DNA from: Raja brachyura
Lineage: Eukaryota
Assembly (NCBI GenBank): GCA_963514005.1
Contig: OY740804.1
Coordinates: 41,850,001-41,914,000 of the forward strand
Length of the DNA stretch: 64,000 nt
Reading direction: 5' to 3'
Part shown: positions 37,961 through 51,465 of the stretch, piece by piece
Numbering within the stretch: position 1 is the stretch's first letter
Layout: every line of letters starts with the position of its first letter
Position numbers and translations under genes: made by a program
Notes under the pieces: model-generated
Seen by the model: the letters and a program-made list of their open reading frames with translations, nothing else
Told to the model about the DNA's origin: nothing
Database searches by the model: none

Positions 37961-39256
37961 CATATAATGCATAATATCTACAAACATTCTGCTATTAAAA
38001 CTAGGGTATGATACATGTATAAACACACATAACATATACTGACATGCATAGTGTGGCATAATTCCGTCATGTCTGACTTCCTTTAAAAATCGTGATATGG
38101 AAGAAATCTTATCTCGAGTATTTATTGCTCTATTTGCTTCTTCATTTTTACTATTCACGGAAAAATATTTGTGATCTCCTGCTTTTCAGACTAGAGGGAG
38201 CCGAGAAGACTCTTGAAACAAAAGGCATATGTTTAAGGCTAGTGGGGAGAAATAGAGGCAATTTTATCACGTGAAGGGTGGTTGTTATCTGGAACGGGCA
38301 GAGGTGGTGATAGAGGAAGGAACAATTACAAAGGCATTTGGACTTAGATGTGAAAGTTGTCAAGGGGCACAGGCCTTAGGCAGGCAAATGTGGTTAGCGC
38401 AGAGCGGCATCACAGTTGGCATGGACAAGATTGGCCAGAATACCAATTTCATAAGTAATAGGAGCAGAACTAGGCCATTTGGCCCATCAAGTGTACACCA
38501 CCTTTCAGTCATGGCTGATCTATCTTTCCCTCTCAACCCCATTCTCCTGCTTTCTCTCCATAACCCCTGACACCAGTACTAATCAACAATCCGTGCGGTG
38601 TGATTCTATAACTATAACTTTGAACCTTTCACCTGGATTAAGAACTCGTTGATTTCATTACCTTTCCACTAACGTCCAACCTGCCCTCAAATCCCCCTGG
38701 ATTACCTGCTATGCTTTATCCTCCCCCCCCCCTCACATTTCCCCCCACCCCCACCCCCCACCCACCCCTCCACCCCCCCCCCCCCGCATAAGTCTGAAGA
38801 AGGGTCCCAACCCTAAACATCACCTATCCTTTCCATTCCAATACTTTGTTTCTTCCACCATGTCATTATTTCCCACAGTAACCATTCATGGGGACACGTG
38901 ATTAAATGCTTGCTGGTATTCTAGTCCATATTTCTTTCATTTCATGTTGCCCTTTGCTTCTTTCATCAACGATGACGGTTTCTTGGCAAGAAACGCTCGG
39001 ACCACTTCAGGGCAGCCATCAGTTCCACGTCACATTAAATAGCATTAAGAGCACCTCCCTCTGATCTAATTTCACATTACCGTCAGATTTATCCAGTTGC
39101 TCCACGGACCATGGTGTCATAGCGTGGAAGATGCCTGGATCACATCAGGCTGTTCCTCCCTTTCATTCAGTGAACTCAACCACAATGTGACTGGTATTAG
39201 TTAAACGTTCCAACCTCGTTAGAATACATTTTGTCGGTAATGCATTGCAAAATATA

Positions 39257-39274
39257 GCCTGCCCCCTTGTGGCC
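39257..39274 (-). promoter_or_regulatory. Candidate CTCF site
   Basis: GGCCACAAGGGGGCAGGC, close to the CTCF core CCASYAGRKGGCRS, in non-repeat DNA. Confidence 0.5.
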
Positions 39275-39458
39275 CACAGTTTTATTGTTGCAGAAAATTA
39301 TGTAGATACTCCAAAATCCACCACTTTTTAGTCTACTCATTCCAATATGAATGGTAAAATTCCTCATTAAATCAACTAGCCGTCATAACAGTGGAAACAA
39401 AGTGCTGGTTTACAAAAAAAAACAACAAGGTGCTGGAGTAACCCAACGGGTCAGGCAG

Positions 39459-40369
39459 CTAAAACTCTGGTGCTAAAACTTTTAAGTCCTCTCTCAAGAA
39501 GAGATTTAACTCCAAACTTCGTAGCATCAAAGAGAATTTATAACACTTAAGTGGACTATTAACCACTAAGTAGGCTAAGCTAGAAAGAGTGCAGAGAAGA
39601 TTTACGAGGATGTAGCTAAGACTCAAGGGCCTGAGCTATAGGTAGAAGTTGAGCAGGCTGGGACTTTATTCCATGGAACACAGGAGGCTGAGGAGAAGGA
39701 ACTGCAGATGCTGCTTTTTATGGATGGAGGGAGTAACTGAGGGTAGGGGAAAGGAGAGGGAGGGAGAGGTGAGGGAGGGATTGGTGGAAGGGTCGAGGAG
39801 TGGGAAAAGATCCCAGGGAGGTGAGGATGGAGAGTGGGGGGATTGAGGGAGAGGAAGGGGTAGGGAGGGAAAGTAAGGGGTAGAGAGAGGAGGGGAGGAG
39901 AGGGAATAGAGGGAGAGGAGGGGGAATAGGGAGGTAGGGAGTGGGGAATAGAGGGAGAGGATGGCAGTGGGGGAGGTCACGGGGGATAGTGGGGGGGATC
40001 GGGGAAGGGGAGGAGTGGGGGATAGAGGGATAAAAGGTGGGTATGGAGGGGAGTGGAGTTATGGAGGGAGGGAGTGATTGAGGGTAGTGGAAAAGAGAGG
40101 GAGGGATTGGGGAGGGGGGAGGAGAGGGGAAAGAAGAAGGGAAAGAAGAGGGAGGGTGAAGAGGAGGGGATTGGAGCTCTGGGGGATGAAGGGAAATGAG
40201 CTGTGCCTGCGCAGTTGGGGGCTATGTGTGAGTGGTGCAATATTGCATTGGGGGAATGGGTTGCATTGGGGGAACGGGTGAATGGTGGAAAATTGCGTTG
40301 GGGAATGGGTTGCGTTGGTGGACCAGGCCTCCCGTGTGACAGGGATCCAATGGCTGCCACTTAGTCCAG
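39459..40369 (+). mobile_element. Non-autonomous Helitron-like element with captured fragments
   Basis: 3' end GGGATCCAATGGCTGCCACTTAGTCCAG|T shares CCACTTAGTC with 24688; CTAAAACTC start; contains a CR1 piece and a purine-rich tract. Confidence 0.55.
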
Positions 40370-40370
40370 T

Positions 40371-42555
40371 ATTATACTAAAACTGTTCTAACATTCTAAA
40401 TGTCTGTGTGTTTGCAGGGTTGTGTTGGCTTTCTCATAATCTCCTTAATGTGTAACTTCTTCCAAACGGTAGGCCACAGCCTTCCCATTTTCACACACTT
40501 ATGCAGCCGACTAAATATCTTCCCGTCGCATTTCAACCTATATTTCTGAAGTTACTAATCTTTTAAAAACAGCTTCAAAATATTAAAGTTTTCAAAGTTC
40601 TAATTTCGAAGGATAAAAAATCAGACTGATCTCACAATTGACTTGCAAGGCATGATGGGACATTCTGCGTGGGTGGGGCACTCAAGCGCTCAAAACACAA
40701 AAGCATCGATCCACTCGCAAGCCAGGTCCTTGGGTCGACGCCCGCCCACTGGCCGAGCATGGCGACTGGGCCTGGGCTGGACCAGAGCCTGCAGCTGGAG
40801 TGAAGGCCAAGCTCGGGGCTGTGACCAGCGCCGAAGAAAAAGCCGCCAGTGGAAGCACGGATGAGCCGGGGTCAGGGACGAGCCCGGAGATGAAGTCGGG
40901 GCCTGGACTGGAGACCATGCAGCGGCTGAGCTGACGGCTGAAGTCTACAGCGAGGGCCGGGTTGAGTACGAGAACCAGGCCGAGTTCCAGGCGCTGCCCT
41001 ACGACCTGGGTAGCTACTGCGGCAGGGAATGGGAGTGAGGAGAGGAGGATGACCTGTGAATAGACCTGTTAGTTTGACGTCAGTGGTGGGCAAATTAATG
41101 GAAAGGATACTTAGAGAATACTTAGAAGAGGTTACTAGGGAAATTGATGAGGGTAAAGCAGTGGATGTTGTCTACATGGATTTCAGTAAGGCCTTTGATA
41201 AGGTTCCCCATGGAAGGTTGGTTAAGAAGGTTCAATCTTTGAGTGTTAATGGCGGAGTAGCAAGATGGATTCAACAGTGGCTGAATGGGAGATGCCAGAG
41301 AGTAATGGTGGATGGCTGTTTGTCAGGTTGGAAGCCGGTGACCGGTGGGGTGCCTCAGGGATCTGTGTTGGGTCCACTGTTGTTTGTCATGTAGATGAGG
41401 GGGTGGAAAATTGGATAAGTAAGTATGCAGATGATACTAAGATAGGTGGTGCTGTGGATAATTAAATCGATTTTCAAAGCCTACAGAGAGATTTGGGCCA
41501 TTTGGAAGAATGGGCTGAAAGATGGCAGATGGAATTTAATGCTGATAAGTGTGAGGTGCTACATCTTGGCAGGACAAATCAAAATAGTACGTAATAGGTC
41601 TTTAAAATGATGAAAGGGATAGACAGAGTTGACGTGGATAAGCTTTTCCCATTGAGGGTAGGAAAGATTCAAACAAGAGATCATGACATGAGAATTAAGG
41701 GACAGAAGTTTAGGGGTAACATGAGGGGGAACTTCTTTACTCAGAGAGTGGTGGCTGTGTGGAATGATCTTCCTGCAGAAGTGGTGGAGGCAGCATCGAT
41801 TTTAACATTTAAAAGTAAAGTGGATAGGTATATGGACTGGAAGGGAATGGAGGGGTATGGTCTTAGCTCAGGTAGATGGGACTAGGGGAAATGAATGGTC
41901 GGCACGGACCGGAAGGGCCGAGAAGGCCTGTTTCCGTGCTGTAATTGTTATATGGTTATATGGTTATATGGATGAGGGAAATGAGGAGGAGGGAGATGGG
42001 GTGGGGTCTCTACCCCCCCACCCCCCCGCTCTGCCAATCTCCCTCTACCCTCCCTCTCTGCCCCCTCCCTCTCTGCCCCCCTCCCTCTCTGCCCCCTCCC
42101 TCTCTGCCCCATTCCCTCTCTGCCCCCCCGCCCCCTTCCCTCTCTGACCCTTCCCTCTCTGAACCCCCTCCCATTCATCCCCCTCACACTCTGCCCCCCC
42201 TTCCCCCTCTGTCCTCCCCTTCCCCTTCTACTCCCCTCCCTCCATCTCTCCCTCTTCCCTCTCTGCCCCCTCCCCCTCTGCTCCCCCTCTCTGCTCCCAT
42301 CCTCTCTGCCCCCTCCCTCCCTCTCTGACACCCCCTCCCTCTCTCCCCCTCCCTCTCTGCCCCTCTCCCTCTCCGCCCCCTCCCTCTCTGCCCCCTCCCT
42401 CTGACCCTCCCTATCTGCCCCTATTCTTTAGCGCGCTGTATGGTGGCCTCCACACCTGGGTGGCCACCGTGGATCTCCTCACAATACTCATTTCGCAGAG
42501 GGGGGGGGGGGGGGGGGGGGGGGGGGGTGATGACCGTCTTGTGACCCTTTACTAT
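40371..42555 (+). mobile_element. Second Helitron-like element containing spliced-together CR1 pieces (41056-41965) and a C-rich repeat
   Basis: 5' TATACTAAAAC...TGTCTGTGTGTTTG; 3' hairpin-like GGGTGATGACCGTCTTGTGACCC followed by TTTACTAT. Confidence 0.45.
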
Positions 42556-42815
42556 CACTCCGTCCTGCAGTACAAAAAGTAGGGTCGCAGTTTGGAAGGA
42601 GTGTTGGACTGTTTGTTTGGCCGCCCGCCTTTGATGATCGAAGTTAGTAGCTGGGAGGTTTTGTCTGCGGCAGTGTATTCGGCGAGGCGGTGCAGGCGAT
42701 CAGTTGGAATGAATGAAACTTTCAGAACGGAGAATTCATCTTGTTCACATGGGTGGTGCTGAAGATAGAGTGTCTGCGATGTGCATGTCTTTACCTTTTT
42801 TGTAGAAAATCGAAC
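42556..42815 (-). mobile_element. Gypsy-type LTR retrotransposon pol fragment (RNase H end/linker)
   Basis: YKKGKDMHIADTL, then TAADKTSQLLTSIIKGGRP...LRPYF. Confidence 0.65.
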
Positions 42816-42819
42816 CATT

Positions 42820-44880
42820 ACATAGAAACATAGAAACATAGAAAAATAGGTGCAGGAGTAGGCCATTCGGCCCTTCGAGCCTGCACCGCCATTCAATGTG
42901 ATCATGGCTGATCATCCAACTCAGTATCCCGTACCTGCCTTCTCTCCATACCCGCTGATCCCTTTAGCCACAAGTGCCACATCTAATGCCCTCTTAAATA
43001 TAGCCAATGAACTGGCCTCAACTACCTTCTGTGGCAGAGAATTCCAGAGACTCACCACTCTGTGTGTAAAGAATGTTTTCCTCATCTCGGTCCTAAAGGA
43101 ATTCCCCCTTATCCTTAGACTGTGACCCCTTGTTCTGGACTCCCCCAACATCGGGAACAATCTTCCAGCATCTAGCTTGTCCAACCCCTTAAGAATTTTG
43201 TAAGTTTCTATAAGATCCACCTTCAATCTTCTAAATTCCAGCGAGTACAAGCTGAGTCTATCCAGTCTTTCCTCATATGAAAGTCCTGACATCCCAGGAA
43301 TCAGTCTGGTGAATCTTCACTGTACCCCTCTATGGCAAGAATGTGTTTCCTCAGATCTGGAGACCAAAACTGTACGCAATACTCCAGGTGTGGCCTCACC
43401 AAAACCCTGTACAACTGCAGTAGAACCTCCCTGCTCCTATACTCAAATCCTTTCGCTATGAGTGCTAACATACCATTTGCTTTCTTCACTGCCTGCTGCA
43501 CCTGCATGCCTACTTTCAATGACTGGTGTACCATGACACCCAGGTCTCGTTGCATCTCCCCTTTTCCTAATCTGCCACCATTCAGATAATAGTCTACCCT
43601 CATGTTTTTGCCACCTCACATTTATCCACATTATACTGCATCTGCCATGCATCTGCCCATTCACTCAGCCTATCCAAATCACCCTGCAGCCTCCAAGCAT
43701 CCTCCTCACACCTAACTATACCCCCCAGCTTGGTGTCATCTGCAAATTTGGAGATGTTGCATTGAATTCCCTCGTCCAAATCATTAATATATATTGTAAA
43801 TAGCTGGGGTCCCAGCACTGAACCTTGCGGCACCCCACTAGTCACTGCCTGCCATTCTGAAAAGGATCCGTTTACTCCTACCCTTTGCTTCCTGTCTGCT
43901 AGCCAGTTCTCTATCCACATCAATACTGAACCCCCAATACCGTGTGCTTTAAGTTTGTATGGTAATCTCTTATGCGGGACCTTGTTGAAAACCTTCTGAA
44001 GGTCTAGATATAACACATCCACTGGTTCTCCCTTATCCACTCTACTAGTTACATCCTCGAAAAATTCTATCAGATTTGTCAGACATGATTTACCTTTCGT
44101 AAATCCATGCTGACTTTGTCCAATGATTTCACCACTTTCCAAATGCGCTGCTATCCCATCTTTAATAACTGACTCTAGCAGTTTCCCCACTACCGATGTT
44201 AGACTAACTGGTCTGTAATTCCCCGCTTTCTCTCTCCCTCCTTTTTTAAAAAGTGGGATTACATTAGCTACCCTCCAATCCTCAGGAACTACTCCAGAAT
44301 CTAAGGAATTTTGAAAAATTATCACTAATGCATCCACTATTTCTGTGGCTACCACCTTGAGTAATCTGGGATGCAGACTATCTGGCCCTGGGGATTTATC
44401 GGCCTGCAATCCGTTCAATTTACCCAACACCACCTCCCGGCTAACCTGGATTTCACTCAGTTCCTCCATCTTATTTGACCCCCGTTGCACTCCTATTTCC
44501 GACATTTGTTTTAACTAGTCCCTTTCTCTTCACATATCTATAAAAACTTTGCAGTCAGTTTTTATGTTCCCTGCCAGTTTCCTTTCATAATCAATTTTCC
44601 CTTTCCTAATTAAGCCCTTTGTCCTCCTCTGCTGGATTCTGAATTTCTCCCAGTCCTCCGGTAGGCTGCTTTTTCTGGCCAATTTGTATGCCTCATCTTT
44701 TGTTTTTATACTATCCCTGATTTCCCTTGTTATCCATGGATGCACCACCTTCCATCATTTATTCTTTTGCCAAACTGGTATGAACAATTTTTGTACTTCA
44801 TCCATGCAGTCTTTAAATACCTTCCATTGCACATCCACTGTCAACCCTTTAAGAATCACCTGCCAGTCTATCTGGCCAAT
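42820..44880 (-). mobile_element. 5'-truncated CR1 LINE (RT)
   Basis: KSPGPD...NYRPVSLTSVVGK...GVPQGSVLGP...KFADDTKLG; (TTTCTATG)n tail. Confidence 0.95.
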
Positions 44881-45039
44881 TCACATCTCCTTCCTTCCGC
44901 TGCCCGGCTGTCCCACAACCAACTGCTTCCGCCTGTTCCTCTCTTTTTTCCGTTCCCCCCCCCCCCCCCCCCCCCACCCCCCCCCCGACATCAGTCTGAA
45001 AAAGGGTCTTGACCCGAAACGTCGCCGATTTCTTCTTTG

Positions 45040-46531
45040 GGCTGATGTCCATTTTATTCCCTTTACCACACAAGGACCATATTTTTGAAAATGTGAGCAG
45101 CAATGTAGAGAGATGAAACAAACAAAGCGATACAACTCCATTAAAATAATTTTAAACACAAATTTACAAAAATGACCTAGTTTACTGTGAAACGTAAAAC
45201 CTCGTGTTAAATAACATCATCTACACAGCAACACAACAAGGAGTACAGTGTGACATAACAGTGTGATTGCATTTTGTAGCAATGCTTTGACAGAAGTGTC
45301 CGATACTTCAAAGAACCTCTTGTTACTATAATGTGCTATGAACAGTCTAAATGAACAGAGCACCATGGCACACCAGTACATGTTACACATTCAGAAAACA
45401 AAACACCGATGTTCTACATTTGTCCCCTTTACAGGACAGTAGCCAGGTTGATTGTGGGTTTGTGGAGTTGCTGGGTAAAAGGGAAGAGTATTTTTAATTA
45501 CAATTTAAATATGTAGGCTTACAGCTGGCAAAGTTGAAGCAGGGAATATGCGAGGAATAATTGGCCCCTTCTTGAATGCTGGAAACGTGGGAATGAAGTG
45601 ACAAAAACTGCTTTCAACTGATAACTGATCTGCTGCACATTTTCAACATTTGCTCTCTTAGCTTTGCTACTGTTTGATGCTTAAGCAAGTCATTTACAAA
45701 AAGTTGACAGTGTACACGGGCCCTTAGTGAGAGCAATGAGAACAACAGATAAAAAATAAAAGGACAGTTATATCAAAAAGCATTGCCTTTGCATCCTTTC
45801 TCACCAAGAAGCATATTTTGGTCCATTTTGGAGAAAAAATCAATAATCAGTAAAGGTTCCTCTTGGAACCAGGAATTATCTGACTCAAAACCTGCCCATG
45901 GTTGTGGAAGATAATAACTGTTTGCCATTCTTGATCAATTTTACCATCCAAAGTAGACACATACCAAGCCACATTGTACTGTTTTATCATCACCAGGCAA
46001 CGGGCATCAGCATCTTTTCCACGACCTTAGCCAAGTAGTGTGAGTAGCAATTCAGGTGTTCAATCACCTGCCTCATCACCAGCTAAATGATGCCATGTTC
46101 CACATCCACAGACGCATTCCCCAGCAGCACCTTGTGGCATTTTGCCTCAAAACCATAAATAACAGATTAAAAGAAACAGCTTGAAATTCCTGTTATAAAT
46201 TGAACAGTATGATGTCGTTCACTCTGTAAAATCTGGCAACTCATTTATACACAATTACAAACAAGAGATTATTGTACAAAACAGAGTGGGAAATCACTGC
46301 AAGACCTCCTCCCAGCTGCTTGGCTTTGAGAAAATTTCCTTCTCAAGGCAGAGATCATAGTTCATTGGAAACTACTCTGGTAATATCAGCTGCTGCCCCA
46401 GTACGCTCTGTAAACAGTGATCCAAATCAGGGTTGCATGGTCTTTTGGCGTATTGACGACTGTTAAACCATTCAATGTTGCCTCTCAATGACCATTCCTC
46501 AGCTTGGAAACCCACGGACGGGCATCATGAT
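45040..46531 (-). other. Probable terminal exon/3' UTR of the IGSF8-like gene
   Basis: Acceptor TTCTAATGATTGCAAATGTTATTTTCAG at 46532; AT-rich unique sequence; AATAAA at 45053-45058. Splicing from the TM exon gives ...RRDAQS*. Confidence 0.55.
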
Positions 46532-46654
46532 CTGAAAATAACATTTGCAATCATTAGAAAATCATACTTCAAAACTTATTTTAAATTGCATCGCTTCCAT
46601 ACTCCCCTGCAAGAATACACTGTCCAATTTCTACATAGAATAAGGTGCAGTTTG

Positions 46655-46832
46655 ACAATAGACAATAGGTGCAGGAGTAGGCCATTCCGCCCTTTGAGCC
46701 AGCACCGCCATTCAATGTGATCATGGCTGATCATTCCCAATCAGTACCCCGTTCCAGCCTTCTCCCTATATCCCGACTCCTCGAGCTCTATCTAGCTCTC
46801 TCTTGAAAGCATCCAGAGAATCTGCCTCCACC
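46655..46832 (-). mobile_element. CR1 3' end
   Basis: CR1 3' UTR with CTATTGT tail. Confidence 0.8.
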
Positions 46833-47099
46833 ACCGTTTGATGGGGTGAAGAGGGTTAGGTTAGGATTGGGTTAGGGCTGGGATTCGAGCATTGGGGATG
46901 ATATTTTGTTTTCCATGATGGGTGTGGTTTAGGGTAGGAGTTTTGAGGGTTGAGTCGGGGTTGCCCGGAGGTATGGAGGGTGATGTAGAGGTGCTCAGAG
47001 TTGGGTTGCAGCCTTCTGGGTTAGTATTTGGAATGTGAGGAGCACACTCCTGCACTCATCCCTGGACTCTTAACACCCTTAACTCAGAGCTCCCGTGGA

Positions 47100-50000
47100 T
47101 TTTGAAGCAACAGCAAGAACGAGAAGCAGGAGAAAGCACTGATTGGCTCTAGCCTGAGTGGAAGAGAGTTAGAAGTGAGTCAGAGGGGGAAAACAGTTTA
47201 AAACTGAGGAATTTGGTTTGTAAATTGGTAAATTAGGCAATTTATCAGTCAATATAAGCAGGACGGCTCTTAGGGAGCGGCCTTGTGAGGGAAGTGCCTT
47301 GTGAGAAACGTGCGAGTCTTTAGCTCGAGAGTCTTTGGCAAGGAGGCTGAGGAGAGGAGGCTACGCAAAACACTGGAAACATAGAAAATAGGTGCAGGAG
47401 GAGGCCATTTGGCCCTTCGAGCCAGCACCGCCATTCATTGTGATCATGGCTGATCGTCCCCTATCAATAACCCGTGCCTGCCTTCTCCCCATATCCCTTG
47501 ACTCCACTAGCCCCTAGAGCTCTATCTAACTCTCTCTTAAATCCATCCAGTGATTTGGCCTCCACTGCCCTCCGTGGCAGGGAATTCCATAAATTCACAA
47601 CTCTCTGGGTGAAAACGTCTCACAGGTCACACTGCCAAGAGGATGTTAGGAGGTTCCAGGGTGACCTGGACAGGTTGAGTGAGTGGGCAGATGCGTGGCA
47701 GATGCAGTATAATATAAATAAATGTGAGGTTATCCACTTTGGTGGCAAAAACAAGGTGGCAAAAAAACAAGCTGGAGAGGGAGAGACGAAAGAAGGAGAT
47801 GTCAAGCAAGCTGATTCAGTGCGATGCTTGCTGTATGTGGGAGGTCAAGGACACTGCTGCTGACTCTGGCTGCTACATGTGTGAGAAGTGCATCCAGGTA
47901 CAGCTCCTGAAGGACCGTGTTGGGGAACTGGAGAAACAAGTGGATGACCTCGAGTTCGTCCGAGAAACTGTGTCATTCTTCGACAAGTCCTACAGTAAGA
48001 TTGTTACACCTAAGGTACTGGAAGAGAGAAGGTGGGTGACGGTGAGAAAGGGAGGGAAGCATGGAATGCAAAGGTCCCCGGGTGTTGTACCTCTTAAGAA
48101 CAGGTTCACCCACTTAGAAGCTGTCGGGACAGCAGACGTTATCACACTGAGCGGCGGACTGGCTTGCGAAGCAAAAAGGGCTGTAGAGCCAAAACCAAAG
48201 AGGCCAACGTCAGGCAACGCCATTGTAGTTGGAGACTCCATTGTGAGAGGTACTGACAGGGGTTTCTGCGGCAACAGACGGGATTCGAGGATGGTGTGCT
48301 GCCTTCCTGGTGCCAGGATCCAGGATGTCACGGACAGAGTGCAGAAAATCCTCAAGGGTGAATGTGAACAGCCGGAAGTGGTAGCGCATGTCGGCACAAA
48401 CGATGTCGGAAAGGAGGGGATGAATATTCTGAAGCGTGACTTTAGAGAGCTCGGAAAAATGCTGAAAGCAGGACTTCCAGGGTGGTTATCTCCGGTTTGC
48501 TTCCAGTTCCTCGTGCTGGCGAGAGCAGGAAAAGGGAGATACGGGACCCGAATGTGTGGCTGAGGAGTTGGTGCAGGGGGCAAGGATTTAGATTGTTAGA
48601 TCACTGGGATCTGTTTTGGAGTAAGGGGGAACTGTACAAAAGGGACGGATTGCATGTTAACAGGTGGGGGACCAGCATTCTGGCAGGCAGGTTTGCCACT
48701 GCTACACGGATGGTTTTAAACTGAATAAGGGGGGTGGGGTGTCAAATGGGATAGTCGAGGACGGAGTTAAAGGGAAAGAGAGTAAAGGGATGGTTAATGA
48801 CCCCAGAATTAACGGGAAAGGAAGCTCACAAAGGGATAGGAGAGTATGGCCAAGCGTAATAGGGATCGATGTGAAAGGTGAGATGTGTAAGGAATTAAAA
48901 GTACTGTATTTGAATGCGCGAAGTATAAGAAGTAAAGTAGATGAGCTTGAGGCTCAGTTAGAGGTTGGTAGATATAACATTGTGGGGATTACTGAGACGT
49001 GGCTGCAGAAGGATCGGGCCTGGGAACTTAATATTCAGGGTTATACATCCTATAGAAAGGACAGGCAGGTGGGGAGAGGAGGGGGGGTAGCTCTGCTGGT
49101 GAGGGATGGAATTCAGTCCCTTGCGAGGGAAGACATAGGCACTGACGAGGTAGAGTCACTGTGGATTGAGTTGAGGAATTGTAAAGGCAAGAAGACACTA
49201 ATTGGTGTTATCTACAGGCCCCCAAATAGTAGCCGGGATGTAGGGTGCAAGTTGCAGCAGGAGTTAAAACTGGCATGTAACAAAGGTAATGCCACTGTGG
49301 TGATGGGGGATTTCAATATGCAAGTAGACTGGGAAAATCAGGTTGCTTCAGGACCCCAAGAAAGAGAGTTTGTAGTATGCCTCCGAGATGGATTCTTAGA
49401 GCAGCTTGTAATGGAGCTGACCAGAGAAAAGGCAATTCTGGATTTAATGTTGTCCAATGAACCAGATATGATAAGAGAACTCGAGGTAAAGGAACCGCTT
49501 GGAGTTAGTGATCATAATATGATTAGTTTTAATCTGCAATTTGAGAAGGAGAAAGTTAAATCGGAAGTGGCAGTGATGCAGTTGAACAAAGGGGACTATG
49601 AAGGCATGAGAGGGGAGCTGACCAAAGTAGACTGGAAAGGGATCCTAGCAGGAATGACGGTGGAACAGCAATGGCAGGAATTTCTGGGCATAATCCGGAA
49701 GACGCAGGATCATTTCATTCCAAAAAGGAAGAAAGATTCTAAGGGGAGTAGGAGGCAACCGTGGCTGACAAGAGAAGTTAGGGATAGAACAAAACTAAAA
49801 GAAAAGATGTATAACACTACAAAGAGTAGCCGGAAGCCAGAGGATTGGGAAACTTTCATAGGACAACAGAAGGAAACAAAACGGGCAATACGGGCTGAAA
49901 AGATGAAGTACGAGAGGAAGCTCGCCAGGAATATAAAGAAGGACAGTAAAAGCTTCTTTAGATATGTTGAGAGGAAAAAGAGTAGCAAAGTCAAATGTGG

Positions 50001-51465
50001 GTTCCTTGAAGGCAGACACGGGTGAAATTATTATGGGCAACAAGGAAATGGCTGAAGAGTTGAATAGGTACTTGAATAGGATCTGTCTTCACTAAGGAAG
50101 ACACAAACAATCTCCCAGATATACTGGAGAACAGAGGATCTAGGGGGTAGAGGAACTGAAAGAAATTTTCATTAAGCGAGAAATAGTATTGGGTAGGCTA
50201 ATGGGACTGAAGGATGATAAATCCCCTGGGCCTGATGGTCTGCATCCCAGGGTCCTCAGGGAGGTGGCTCTAGAAATAATTGATGCATTGATGATCATTT
50301 TCCAATGTTCAATAGATTCAGGATCAGTTCCTGTGGATTGGAGGATAGCTAATGTTATCCCACTTTTCAAGAAAGGAGCGAGAGAGAAAACGGGGAATTA
50401 CAGACCAGTTAGCCTGACTTCAGTGGTGGGAAAGATGCTGGAGTCAATTATTAAAGAGGTAATAATGGGGCATTTGGATAGCAGTAAAAGGATTAGTCCA
50501 AGTCAACATGGATTTACGAAAGGGAAATCATGCTTGACTAATCGTCTGGAATTTTTTGAGGATGTGACAAGTAAAATGGATGAAGGGGTGCCAGTGGATG
50601 TAGTGTATCTGGACTTTCAGAAAGCCTTTGATAAGGTCCCGCACAGGAGACTGGTGACTAAAATGAGAGCACATGGTATTGGGGGGAGGGTGTTGACATG
50701 GATAGTAAATTGGTTGGTAGACCGGAAGCAAAGAGTAGGAGTGAACGGGTCCTTTTCAGAATGGCAGGCAGTGGCGAGTGGAGTGCTGCAAGGCTCGGTG
50801 TTGGGGCCGCAACTGTTTACCATATATATTAATGATTTGGAAGAGGGAATTAGGAGCAACACTAGCAAGTTTGTGGATGACACAAAGCTGGGTGGCAGTG
50901 TGAACTGTAAAGAGGATGTTAGGAGGTTGCAGGGTGACCTGGACAGGTTGAGTGAGTGGGCAGATGCGTGGCAATATAGATAAATGTGAGGTTATCCACT
51001 TTGACGGCAAAAACAAGGGGGCAGATTATTATCTCAATGGGGTTAGGTTAGGTAAGGGGGAGGTACAGCGAGACCTGGGCATCCTTGTACACCGGTCACT
51101 GAAAGTTGGCGTGCAGGTGCAGCAGGCAGTGAAGAAAGCGAATGGAATGTTGGCCTTCATAACAAGAGGATTTCAGTATAGGAGTAAAGAGGTTCTTTTG
51201 CTCTGGTGAGGCTCTGGTGAGACCACATCTGGAATATTGTGTACAGTTTTGGCCTCCTAATTTGAGGAAGGACATCCTTGTGATTGAGGCAGTGCAGCGT
51301 AGGTTCACGAGATTGATCCCTGGGATGGCGGGACTGGCATATGAGGAAAGATTGAAAAGCCTAGGCTTATATTCATTTGAGTTCAGAAGGATGAAGGGGA
51401 ATCTTATAGAAAATTAGCAAAGGACTGGACAAGCTAGATGCAGGAAAAATGTTCCCAATGTTGGG
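47100..51465 (+). mobile_element. Near full-length CR1 LINE (ORF1 zinc finger/leucine zipper/SGNH esterase; ORF2 APE-RT), frameshifted and 3'-truncated
   Basis: ORF1 from ATG 47799: CDACC...CEKC, IVVGDSIVRG, HVGTND, DGLH. ORF2: YLNARSI, ITETWL, MGDFN, SDH, KFVDDTKLG. Extra CR1 pieces at 47376-47755. Confidence 0.95.
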
